Shown: piece after piece, positions 33,679 through 44,500 of the stretch
How the letters are laid out: every line of letters starts with the position of its first letter
Numbering within the stretch: position 1 is the stretch's first letter
Origin: an uncultured archaeon
GTDB taxonomy: Archaea; Asgardarchaeota; Lokiarchaeia; Sigyniarchaeales; SOKP01
Length of the DNA: 64,000 nt
Direction of reading: 5' to 3'
NCBI GenBank assembly: GCA_964486045.1
Contig: CAZALK010000007.1
Coordinates: 128,001-192,000 of the forward strand
Made by a program: the position numbers and the translations under genes
The notes under the pieces: model-generated
The model's database searches: none
What the model saw: the letters and a program-made list of their open reading frames with translations, nothing else
What the model was told of the DNA's origin: nothing

Positions 33679-36600
33679 ATGAAAAATACATCAAGATTAA
33701 AGTTTAAAATAAAGGCATTAACGTTACTTTCAATAATATTAATCACTAGCCTCTTTGGGATGTTTTTAATGAATTTTATTAATATTCCTTCTAGCTTAGA
33801 GGGGAGTACGATAAAAAACGATCAAGATAATGAATTATTTGAAAAGAATAAACCAATCGCAAGTCTTGGTACTCATAGTTGGTGGGATAAATCTTTTCAT
33901 TCAAGACGAGTAATAAATATAACAAATCCTAATTCAGAGACATTTTATAATTACGGAGTAAGTATATCTTTTAATTATACCACGGACGTTTTGAATGGAG
34001 ATTTAAGAGCAGATCTCGGAGATCTAAGAATCATTGAATACGATTCTGGGGGAGATGCTTTTCAAAGAAAATACTATTTTCAAAAAGATTACCCTCAAAG
34101 TGATATAGTTTCTGTATGGTTTGAAACAAATATTACTGTCAGTGATGGTGATTCCCAATTAGACACTTATTTATATTTTGGTAATGATGCTGTTGGAATC
34201 AATACAACTTATTTTATGAATGAAACAACTTCAGATTCGGTTGCTAATAATTTTGGATGGATCAGAAATGGAAATTTTGAACAGGATCCTGGAGTAGGTG
34301 GTCACGCAATTGATGGGGTTTTTGGGTGGTATTTTGCAGATGATGTACCTGATGACGTCAATGGTGCCTATACTCCAAATACACCAGATCCGGATTATTA
34401 TCAACACAATTTAAGTACAATGGCTTCAAATCAAGAACTAAAGAATGAAGGAGCTTATACATTTAAATTTGGTGATATTAGTCATGATGTTTCTAGTGGT
34501 TCAACTGGAAAAGATATCGCTGGAACTTTATTTTCCGCTCCTTTTGTTGTTCCTACCGTTTCGGGAGGATCAAACAAAATTTACATAAATGCTTGGCGTA
34601 ATTTTAGAACCTTTGATGATCAGAATTCTAAAAAAATAGGAGTTTATGTAAGAATTGCTCAATATTACGATGATACTAATGTCAATTCACATGGAGCATA
34701 TGGTGGTTCGGTATATACGCAGGGTTATGTAGAATTTTGGGATTCTTTTATAAGTGAGTCCTCGTTAAAAACGTGGGTAGAAGATAATTTTGGTATATTG
34801 GCAGATAAAAATACGGCAGCAGGCCAATTGACAGGAGATCTTTTAATTGATGTATCTGATTATCAAGGTGAGGCTATCTTCTTAGAATTTGGGATGCTTC
34901 ACTATGATATTGAGGCGGCTAATAAATTTAATGCATTTGCTCAAGTCGATAATGTAACCTTTACTTATAATTTCGATGTATCCTTAGATTCTGAAGCTGA
35001 ACGAAGAAAATCAGATGTTACTATTATAGTTAGAGATATTGATGGAAGAATTGTCCCTAATGCAGAAGTTTCCCTAATAAATAGTTCTAAGCCAGTTGCA
35101 GAACAGATACAGTATGGACCGTTAAACACTTCAGAGGAGGAGGGATCAATAACCTTTACAGGGGTTACTTACTCAACATATAATTATACAGTAAATTATA
35201 CGATACCTTCTACAGGGTATGAATTTGTTGTGTTTAATAGTAGCTCTTATCCGTTGGTTTATTTTAACATAACAGAATCTCAGCAGACTTTTACCATTTA
35301 TATAGATATATGGACCATCGATTTTGAAATTGTTGATTATGATAAGGAATCATTAAATTATGCATATATCGCAGTTTATAACGAGACCAAAATGGGGGTA
35401 AATTTAGAAAATATAACGCTTAATAGTGATGGAAAAGGTACGTTCCGTTGGAGGAATCAATCTAGTTATTATTATGAGGTATATTATGATAATATTGATT
35501 ATAATCTTAACCCTACAGCATTGAATGAATCATATGTAAAGAGAGCTACTTATGATCAAGCAAATGATAAGTATAGAGATCATTCGTTTTTGATAAATGA
35601 AACTAATGCAGATCCAGCAGGGAACCCAACTTTTGCCGTAAATGAACTCATTTACACCAATGGTTCGCGAACAGAATTGGGAAATAAAAAAATACTGGGT
35701 GCAGAGGTAAATATTACATTTCAAACTTCAGATGCTTATCTTACTTCGGTTTCAATTTATTATATAGATAAAAACAATTATACCGATGACAATTATTTGA
35801 TTTACTATAATAATAGCTATGATGCTGATTTTTTAAATAATCGTATTAATATGGATATGAGATTCCCCCAAATTACACCCTCTAGTTTAATAACAAATAA
35901 TTATGAAGTTTACGGTTTGAAAATTGTCGCTATTGGAGCAAATACAACTAATTTTAATGGAGTTTTTAATATAACATTAAATGAAACGACCAACATCTAT
36001 AATGTTACAGATTTGAGTAAGTTAAATATTAGAGTTGTTAATGAAGCTGGCGGCGGTTTAGTTGGTGGTATAGTAACAGTAAATAGTTCAATAGGGATTC
36101 AAAACTTTCAAGTCAACTTGACAGCAGGATATTCTGCAGTTGATTACTTAAACGGATATGCATATGGAACAACAAATAACTTATTGCCCCTTTGGTATTT
36201 AAGAGGATATGAATATAACATCTCATTATATTATGCAGGGGAATATAGACAACTAAATGTAACTGTCCCCGATCCTTTTGATCCTCAATATCCTGGTATA
36301 GATTGGAGAGATGAGTTTAATTACACGCTTAATGGAAAATCAAATTTTACAATAGAGCCCAATTTAGGTGGAGTTGACCCTAATTGGTTTCAACTACAAT
36401 TTAATAACATTGAATTAGTTGATGTGGTAACATGGGGTAACAATTTTAGCGTTCGGATAAATTTTACGCTTACTGATGATAATTGGGCAAGTTCAGTACC
36501 AGTGACCCTTCCAGCAACTGTAACTTGTTATGTTAAGAGTACTGGACCCTCAAGCACTATTGTATCAGTAAAAAGTATGGTGTTTGAAGGCAATGGAATG

Positions 36601-38850
36601 TTTAATACTACATTTAATTCTTCTATCTTTTCAGCTGGTGGAGGAGGAGAGCTTTATAGTATTATTATTTCTGGAAATAAGCCAAGTTATAATACACCCT
36701 CAAATTTTACTGATACTATTTTTGTAGAATCTGTTCAAACTACTCTTTCTATGCATGATTATTATAATTCTTTAAATATCATATCTACAGACTCACAAAT
36801 TTATGGTGAATCCTTAAATTTAACATTTAGTTTTTACAATGTATCTCTATTAACAGGTGCCACATTAACTTTTGAATGGCTTAGTTTTGACCCAATTCAA
36901 TTCTATGGAGATCCAGTTAATGATGGATACTACACAACAACAATAGATACATCACTAGCTGGGTCATGGGGTGCTAAATCAATCAAAATTATTGCGATGT
37001 TAGAAAATTATACCACACAGATTATTTTTATGACTCTCAGTATTACAGAAAGACCAACGACTCTTAATGAAGAGATAGGCTTGGTTTATCTCAGCTCGCA
37101 AGTGTGGGTTCAGGATCCTAATCCTTTCAATTTTACATATACGGATGTACTTACTAATGGGAGCATTGGTGATTTAACCTCTGCTACTTATGTTTGGGAA
37201 CAATTATATCCAAATGGAACTAGAATTCCTGGAACGCAAGGTTCTGGAATCTTGGTTCAAAACAATGTGACAGATCATATTTTAGATTTTAAAACGGAAT
37301 TAAAGGAGATTGGTAATTACTATTTATATGCTACTTTACACAAACAAAATTATAAACCAAAATCAGCTCTTATAAATTTAGAAATTTTGTCAAGAGAATT
37401 TAGTTATACTTTACAACCAGGAAAAATTGTTGATGGTATCATGACGATCGAAAATGGAGATTCTATAGATTTATCTATTTCACTTCAGGATTTAACTAGA
37501 AATATTAAATTACAAGGAGCTACAGTATCAATGAGTTATCAAAGTGCTACTTACAATTTTACTGAAGGGGGAAGCGGATCTTATTCAGTAAATATAACAG
37601 ATTACACTCGATTAAATGAAGACGCGACTTCTGACACTTCAACAACTTCGATTATTATTTCTAAAGCAAATTTTACAACACAGATAATTGAAACTACAAT
37701 AGTATTAAATAATAGAAGATTTGATATAATATTTTCAGATGAGGTTAATGAAAATCTGGCTAAAATAGTATCTGGGAATCGTTTAACTTTTATTGTTACT
37801 CTTTTTAATTCTAATGATCAATCTCAAGTAATAGATGCTACTATTACCCTTACAATCAATGACCAACCATACGAGGATCTGATTATTATTAATAATGGTG
37901 ATGGAACATACACGTTTGAATTTCTCTCTTATCCTACAGCATTTGTTACGAGTAATACTCTTTCTGGAGAAATATCAATAGCGAGGACTAACTATAAAAC
38001 CGAAAATATCCCTATTACAATTCAGATAAACATGGAAGAAATTTTTCCAGGAATGCCAACATTCTACTTCATACTGATTACTGCGTCAATTATTGGAGTT
38101 GTAGGAAGTATAGTCGCATATAGAGTCGTTCAACAAGCCAGAATTCCTAAGCACGTGAAGAAGATAAGGAAAATTAAAGGACTTATTAAATCAAAGAAGA
38201 AAATTCCCGAGACGATTTCGATTCATTCAAAATCAGAGACGATAGCAAAATTATTCGGAGATGACTGGAGAGGACTCGGTATTTCAATTAATGAAGCGTT
38301 GGGAATTAAGGATTTAAAGAAGAAATTACCAACAATAGCGATGCAAGATAAAGAACAGAGAATTTCAAAGCAAAAAGTGCAGAAAGAAAAAGCAGAGGCA
38401 AAATCTATAAGAGATAAGGAAAAACAAATAAAGAAAGAAGCAGATGCTAAAATTAAAGAAGAAAACGCCAAGAAAGCAGCTGAGCTAAAAGCCATCAAAG
38501 ATAAAGAAAAACTAGCCCAGAAAGAAGCTGACGCCAAAATTAAAGAAGAAAACGCCAAGAAAGCAGCTGAGCTAAAAGCCATCAAAGATAAAGAAAAACT
38601 AGCCCAGAAAGAAGCAGAATTAAAAGCCAAAAAAGAAAAAGACGAAGAAAGTGCAAAGAGAAAAGCGGAGCAAAAAGCTAATAAAGAAAAAATAGACAAA
38701 GCAACACTAGAGAAAATTCCAGAGGAAGTAGTACCAGAAGAGAAAATTCCAGAGGAAGTAGTACCAGAAGAGAAAATTCCAGAGGAGAAAGTACCAGAAG
38801 ATGAAATACCAAGAGATGAAACAAAAGAAGAAAGAGGTGAGAATGACTAA
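33679..38850 (+). CDS. Giant cell-surface glycoprotein A (DUF2341-like N-term, Ig-like stalk, C-terminal TM, charged cytoplasmic tail)
   Basis: N-terminal hydrophobic signal, WWDKSFHSRRVINITN...DLRIIE...YLYFGN, many NxS/T sequons, EIFPGMPTFYFILITASIIGVVGSIVAYR TM, K/E-rich tail. Confidence 0.85.
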   Translation: MKNTSRLKFKIKALTLLSIILITSLFGMFLMNFINIPSSLEGSTIKNDQDNELFEKNKPIASLGTHSWWDKSFHSRRVINITNPNSETFYNYGVSISFNYTTDVLNGDLRADLGDLRIIEYDSGGDAFQRKYYFQKDYPQSDIVSVWFETNITVSDGDSQLDTYLYFGNDAVGINTTYFMNETTSDSVANNFGWIRNGNFEQDPGVGGHAIDGVFGWYFADDVPDDVNGAYTPNTPDPDYYQHNLSTMASNQELKNEGAYTFKFGDISHDVSSGSTGKDIAGTLFSAPFVVPTVSGGSNKIYINAWRNFRTFDDQNSKKIGVYVRIAQYYDDTNVNSHGAYGGSVYTQGYVEFWDSFISESSLKTWVEDNFGILADKNTAAGQLTGDLLIDVSDYQGEAIFLEFGMLHYDIEAANKFNAFAQVDNVTFTYNFDVSLDSEAERRKSDVTIIVRDIDGRIVPNAEVSLINSSKPVAEQIQYGPLNTSEEEGSITFTGVTYSTYNYTVNYTIPSTGYEFVVFNSSSYPLVYFNITESQQTFTIYIDIWTIDFEIVDYDKESLNYAYIAVYNETKMGVNLENITLNSDGKGTFRWRNQSSYYYEVYYDNIDYNLNPTALNESYVKRATYDQANDKYRDHSFLINETNADPAGNPTFAVNELIYTNGSRTELGNKKILGAEVNITFQTSDAYLTSVSIYYIDKNNYTDDNYLIYYNNSYDADFLNNRINMDMRFPQITPSSLITNNYEVYGLKIVAIGANTTNFNGVFNITLNETTNIYNVTDLSKLNIRVVNEAGGGLVGGIVTVNSSIGIQNFQVNLTAGYSAVDYLNGYAYGTTNNLLPLWYLRGYEYNISLYYAGEYRQLNVTVPDPFDPQYPGIDWRDEFNYTLNGKSNFTIEPNLGGVDPNWFQLQFNNIELVDVVTWGNNFSVRINFTLTDDNWASSVPVTLPATVTCYVKSTGPSSTIVSVKSMVFEGNGMFNTTFNSSIFSAGGGGELYSIIISGNKPSYNTPSNFTDTIFVESVQTTLSMHDYYNSLNIISTDSQIYGESLNLTFSFYNVSLLTGATLTFEWLSFDPIQFYGDPVNDGYYTTTIDTSLAGSWGAKSIKIIAMLENYTTQIIFMTLSITERPTTLNEEIGLVYLSSQVWVQDPNPFNFTYTDVLTNGSIGDLTSATYVWEQLYPNGTRIPGTQGSGILVQNNVTDHILDFKTELKEIGNYYLYATLHKQNYKPKSALINLEILSREFSYTLQPGKIVDGIMTIENGDSIDLSISLQDLTRNIKLQGATVSMSYQSATYNFTEGGSGSYSVNITDYTRLNEDATSDTSTTSIIISKANFTTQIIETTIVLNNRRFDIIFSDEVNENLAKIVSGNRLTFIVTLFNSNDQSQVIDATITLTINDQPYEDLIIINNGDGTYTFEFLSYPTAFVTSNTLSGEISIARTNYKTENIPITIQINMEEIFPGMPTFYFILITASIIGVVGSIVAYRVVQQARIPKHVKKIRKIKGLIKSKKKIPETISIHSKSETIAKLFGDDWRGLGISINEALGIKDLKKKLPTIAMQDKEQRISKQKVQKEKAEAKSIRDKEKQIKKEADAKIKEENAKKAAELKAIKDKEKLAQKEADAKIKEENAKKAAELKAIKDKEKLAQKEAELKAKKEKDEESAKRKAEQKANKEKIDKATLEKIPEEVVPEEKIPEEVVPEEKIPEEKVPEDEIPRDETKEERGEND
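38434..38616 (+). repeat. Coding tandem repeat, 87-bp unit (KEADAKIKEENAKKAAELKAIKDKEKLAQ) x2 plus partial
   Basis: Near-identical units start at 38434, 38521 and 38608. Confidence 0.9.
38710..38799 (+). repeat. Coding tandem repeat, 30-bp unit (EKIPEEVVPE) x3
   Basis: GAGAAAATTCCAGAGGAAGTAGTACCAGAA at 38710 and 38740, variant at 38770. Confidence 0.9.
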
Positions 38851-39956
38851 TGCCAATAGGATTAATAATGATGCGATGGGATATCAAGGTAAGTACAGAA
38901 ATTCTTGCTAAATACCCCGATGAGCTCGTGATATCTGAGGAAACTTTAATGCAAATATATGCGGCTCATGAATATACAGGAGAACCGGGAATGATTAGTT
39001 TACTCGTTGGGCCATTAAATATTGCATCATATTACACCGGTCGAGAAAAACCTCTTTATATTATTCTACTTTTAAACCTGGACGAGGATGCTGATGCATA
39101 TGAAGGTGGATTAGCAGATATATCAAGGGTTATCTTCCAAAATTATGAAGATAATGCATATTTAGAGATGATTCCTTTCTTATTCCAGCGATTGTCAACC
39201 TATCCTCATTTGAATGAGGAGCAAAGTTTAGCTATTACATACCTTGATAACGTAAACAGATTAATCATCAATAGGTTAAGAGAAGAAGGCGTTATCTCAA
39301 AATCAGAATTAAAAATTTGGTTAAAAGATGAATATAGAGAAGGATTTTTCGATGTGGATGCTATTTTAATGGAATTAATCAAGAAAGAAATAATAAAGGA
39401 AGCCTCTGTTAAGGGGATGCCTTCAGAATTAATTTTTCTTATCAATGATTTATTAATGATTCGACGACCACCAATTACTTTGCTTAAAAATCCTCCAGAG
39501 CGAGGACTTCCTGAGCGATTTGTAGAAGAATATAATATAGCTGTTAGAAAATTCTTCCAAAAGTATCGTCCATCAGAGGAAGACAGTCTTAAAATTTTAG
39601 ATAAAGTAATAGCAGATCCTCAAGTTTATGAAATTTTGAAATTACTTAGAATCTCGATTGTCACTAAAAATGTTCTAGAGAAACTTAGAAAAAAGGGTGT
39701 TGATGATATCGACGATGGTCTAAAGAAACTATGGGACAATCAAATGATACACGTATTTCAAGATGCTAAAGGAAATGAATATTACGCGTTGCTCACTGAT
39801 TTTCATAGCTCCTTGATATACCCTAAATACATAGTTAATATAATCATTCATCAATATGCTGTTAAATCAAAATCTAATGCAGTACTCATTGAGTATCTGA
39901 ATGTACTTGACGATACTTATAGACATACCAAAATAGTAGTAGAAGAAGAAGATTAA
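38850..39956 (+). CDS. Conserved Asgard protein, putative uDENN/longin-like (paralogue A)
   Basis: Overlaps upstream stop (TAATG); GLIMMRWDIKVSTEILAKYP N-terminus resembles uDENN/longin; clear paralogue of 45889..46998. Confidence 0.7.
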   Translation: MPIGLIMMRWDIKVSTEILAKYPDELVISEETLMQIYAAHEYTGEPGMISLLVGPLNIASYYTGREKPLYIILLLNLDEDADAYEGGLADISRVIFQNYEDNAYLEMIPFLFQRLSTYPHLNEEQSLAITYLDNVNRLIINRLREEGVISKSELKIWLKDEYREGFFDVDAILMELIKKEIIKEASVKGMPSELIFLINDLLMIRRPPITLLKNPPERGLPERFVEEYNIAVRKFFQKYRPSEEDSLKILDKVIADPQVYEILKLLRISIVTKNVLEKLRKKGVDDIDDGLKKLWDNQMIHVFQDAKGNEYYALLTDFHSSLIYPKYIVNIIIHQYAVKSKSNAVLIEYLNVLDDTYRHTKIVVEEED

Positions 39957-40045
39957 ATTAATATATATTTTTATTTTTGTTGTAAGTTAAAGAAATAGAA
40001 GCTGATCTAGCAAAGCAGAGAATTTTAGTTAAGCTGACTACTTTA

Positions 40046-41074
40046 TTAGTTTAAGTAACTTTTCAACTTCGTTGCTTTTTCAGAGAACTCCTTGTAAAGT
40101 AAGTCATCTCCCAATTCAAGACAGAGATCTGCTATTTTTTCAAAATGTTCTGCTGTTTGTGCAATTTCTCCATTTTCCAGGGAAATTCTTGCTTTATTTA
40201 TCAATTGATCTCTATCAAATAAAGGCTTTAGTAAAGGTGAAGCATCTGTACTAATTTCTAATATATCTGCAATAATTTGTATCATCTTCCCACGGTTGGC
40301 AGAATCTATTGCAACCATTGAATAAGCTTTTACACCTAAAATTTCTTGAATTTTTTGAACACTCAGAGCTCCTGGTAAGTCTTGTTTATTCCCAATTACT
40401 GCAGCATGCGCATAAGGTGCACGTTCCTTGATTAGTTCAATAAAAAACTTGGTTTTTTCCACATTTTCTAAAGTTGAGTTAGTAATTACAAGAACAGCAT
40501 CACTCCCAAGAATAAAGTCATTCCATAAATAGCTAAATTGCTCTTGTCCTGCGAAATCCCATAAGTGAAAATAAAGTTTTCCGATTTTAACCGTTGATAT
40601 CTTCCCAGTGATAGTAGGAATATGTACAGAAGGAATTTCGGAAGCACAAATCAAGTTGGTCGACGTCGTTTTCCCTACTCCCGAAAATCCCACTAGCGCG
40701 ATTTTAGTTTTGAGATTTCTATGGGTTGTGTCTAAAATTGGGTTAAGTATTTCCATAAGTTCCGGATCTAGGGCTTCTAGATTATCTCCAAAGGTCTCTA
40801 AAAACTCTTTATTAAGTTTTTCTAGCTCTCTTTTAGATCTATCTGTGTCATCATTTATGTCAGTTATGAATATAAACGCTAATTTATCATTTTTTACTAA
40901 TGAATAAACAATTTTATATTTAAAAAAATCATAACTATCTAAATTTGTTCCTTTTTCTGTTTCTTCTAAAATCTCTTGGTATAATTTCTGAAAATCTTCA
41001 ACTGAAAGTGACTTCCCATAATTCTTGTTATACAAAATTTTATCGTCTTTTAGAATGTACACTTGTCTTAACAT
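40046..41074 (-). CDS. Longin-like domain + small GTPase + C-terminal helical fusion
   Basis: N-terminal RQVYIL..ILY.KNYG..YKIVY...AFIFITD longin pattern; GFSGVGKTT, PTI, WDFAGQEQF, GNKQD. Confidence 0.88.
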   Translation of the reverse strand: MLRQVYILKDDKILYNKNYGKSLSVEDFQKLYQEILEETEKGTNLDSYDFFKYKIVYSLVKNDKLAFIFITDINDDTDRSKRELEKLNKEFLETFGDNLEALDPELMEILNPILDTTHRNLKTKIALVGFSGVGKTTSTNLICASEIPSVHIPTITGKISTVKIGKLYFHLWDFAGQEQFSYLWNDFILGSDAVLVITNSTLENVEKTKFFIELIKERAPYAHAAVIGNKQDLPGALSVQKIQEILGVKAYSMVAIDSANRGKMIQIIADILEISTDASPLLKPLFDRDQLINKARISLENGEIAQTAEHFEKIADLCLELGDDLLYKEFSEKATKLKSYLN

Positions 41075-41547
41075 TATCCCTTTCCTCTTTAATAAGAAAT
41101 CCAGACTAATGGAAGATTAATCTATATTTAATTAAAAAATGATAAAATTATGCATTTTTTCCTTGAATCTTCAATTAAAATTAGAATATTTAAATTTTTA
41201 GGAATAAACATTTAGGACAGCCAATAGATAGAATTACTTAAACTAATTTTTTTAAAGAAAAAAGAACCAGATATATTATTAAGGTTAGATTGCTAATGAT
41301 ATTCAATATATTAAGTGAACTTTAAATTAAGGTCAAGTTTATTTATTTTTCTTAGGAGAATAGGATATGGATAACACATTATACTAAAAATTTTGATATA
41401 GCAATGGTTTTGGTTATCATTAAGTTTGATTCTCTCGATTTATTTCCCGAGATAAAAAATTAAATACTTAGATTTGTATAATAAAAGATAATAAATATAA
41501 ATTTATTAAAAATAATGAAAGATTTTGCTAAAAACGGGTAATTATGT

Positions 41548-44500
41548 ATGACTAAATTAAAACAAATTTCAACACGTTTAATTTCGATAGGTTTCCTATT
41601 TATTATTTCCTTAAGTTCAATACTCACCTATTTGCCTTTAAATTCTATGAATTCACAGAGTATTAATGAAGATTTTAATGAAAATACTAAAAATGATTTA
41701 AACACACCGACTTTAAATACAATTGGTAGTGCTCAATGGTGGAATAGAACATTTGAATTCAGAAAGTTAATTAATATAACAAATCCTCATAATGAAGCGT
41801 TTACAAACTTTATAGCAAAAGTTGAGTTTAATTATACTGAACTAGTTATTGCTGGAAATTTGAATCAGAGCTTAAAAGACATTAGAATAATAGAAAATGG
41901 GAACTTAAGAAATTACTATATAGCGCAAGACTTCCCTAGTACAGATTTAGCTACTGTTTGGTTTGAAACTACCATTTCTGCCGGTCCGAACCAATTAGAG
42001 CAAGATACGTATATGTATTATGGAAATATTAATGCTACTTTCGCCAGTAATTACTTAATGGCAAATAATCCTGATGGTTTTCTCTGGTATAAATTTGAAG
42101 AGATTGTTAATGGAGAGGTTATTGATTATCAGGGAAACCATAATGCTACCGTGAACGGTGCTGTTTTAGATGTCGATAGTGTCGTTGGAAGTGGTTCTCT
42201 TTCATTCGATGGAACAGATGATTGGCTAGAAATCCAAGATAAATATTATAACACGCGAAATGGACTTACAGAGTTTACAGTAACTGCATTCTTTAAAACA
42301 CCTGGAACTGGGGGTTATTCTAGTAATTGGGCTATCTTTGATTACGATCGATCAGAACACTTTAACTTTTATGTCAGAGGAGATGGAGGATTAGGTTTTT
42401 CTTCGTTTGCTTATGGCTGGGATGAGACTTTTAACTGGGATCCAAATGAAGATCCTTATTCGGATAATAACTATGATGATTTTAACACTGCAACAACGGG
42501 TTTGAACGACAATCAATGGCATTTTGGAAGTGCAGTTTACGACGGTACTGATAAGATACTGTATATTGATGATGGTGTCGAAGATGCCAGAAACGATAAT
42601 GCACATAATGGATTAGGAATAGGTGATAACACTCTACGTTATGGGATTATTGGTGATGGTTCAGAGGCTAGCCAACAACCAGCTAGACCAAAAGTGAGTG
42701 GAAACTCTCCAGATTTAAATGATATCCATTATCAGGGGTTACTTGATGAGATTAGATTTTTTGAAGAGTCGCTCTCATCAGAAAGGATAAAATGGATTGC
42801 TAAAGATTATAATCTAGTAGTTGTGCTAAATGAAGAACAAGAAAAAAGAGCCTCAGTTGTAATAATAGCAAATGATATTGATGGTAGAGTCGTTCCAGGT
42901 TTAGAAATTTATATGTATAATCCGGATTTTCCCCTGAATGAAGATTATTTAGGTACAACAGGAGAACAAGGACATCTTGAATTTCCAGATGTTAACCGTA
43001 CAGAATATATAATTACGGCTAATTATTCAATTAGCACAGGAATCCAAACATTTGAAGAGATTGTATTTAATAGTACCGATTATAGTATTACATATGATTT
43101 TTTGGGGGATTTCCACACAGTATATATCAATGTAAGTCTGTGGAGTATAGATTTTGAGATTGAAGATTGGAATGAAGACCCGATGGGATATGGGTATGTC
43201 TTAGTTTACAACAAATCTGATTATACTGAGTTGATAGCAAATATAACTTTAAACAAAGAATATGGGACCCAAACCTTCAGATGGAGTAATATATCACAAG
43301 ACGCAGTATATTATTATGAAGTATATTACGATAATGAGGATTATGTTCAACAGCCTAATTTCATAAATCGTAGTCTAGTAAATCGTACTGTATATTTAAA
43401 TAATAATTTACACATTATGCCTACCATACTTGTAAATGAAACGAATATACATATAGCACCAATTCAAAAATATGCTGTAGAAGAGAGGGTTTATGCCACC
43501 GGATCAAATTCAAGTGAAATTGGAAATATAAAGATTATCAATACTACCATTATGTTGAATAATATGGATGACGACTTGGATAAATTAGACATTTACAGTA
43601 TTGATGTTAATAACAATGTGTCTGCAAGCCCAATTTATAGTGAAGTATATACATCGGAAACTACGGATACTATTGAAGTTAATATTTCAGAGTTAGTGGA
43701 TGCATATGGCCTACTAATTTATGTTGAAGGAACAAATTCAACTAATTTTTGTAATGGAACTATTGACATAATCTACACTGAAACATACAACCAATACGTA
43801 AAGGCTAATATGTCGAAATTAGATATCAACGTATTTGATGATGCTGGTAATTGGAATCCTACGTATGGGAATGTTTTTGTTAAAATTATAAATGGAACTG
43901 TAGGAAATCCTGGAGATGATATTGTTACTTTATTAACAACTGATCTAGGTGCAGCAAAAGGAGTGAATAACCCTACATTAAGCTTCTGGTATTATAGGGG
44001 TACTAGATACAATATTACTTTAGAATATGCTAGTACTATAAGGGAGTTCAATGTGTCTTCTGACCAATATACAACAGCTCCAGGTGTATTTCTTAACCGT
44101 TTTAATTACACTTTAGATCTATTCACCACGATCGAATTTAGAATACGTCTTAGTTTAGCTAACTTTAAAACAGAATTTCAAGAACTTGTCACCGAGGGAA
44201 CTAAAGAGTGGGGTTCAAATTTTACGTTTAGCGCTAGATTTATGAGCACTGAAGATGCTCTGAATCCGACCCCCACTTGGCTTCCAGTAATTGCTCCTGA
44301 TTTTGTAAATTGGGAAATTACTGACCTACTTGGAGATGTAGTATTTGGTAGTGGCTCGATGGATTCAGAAGGAAGTGGGTATTATAATTATACAATAAAT
44401 TCAGGATTTTTGATTGGAGGACAACAATATTATTTTGCTGTTAATGGAGAAAAAACGGGATATCAAGACCCAGCACGGGTTCAACTTCTATTTACAGTTT

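Noticed and set aside
38434-38799. Tandem repeats as a CRISPR array
   Set aside because: No unique spacers; units are in-frame coding repeats
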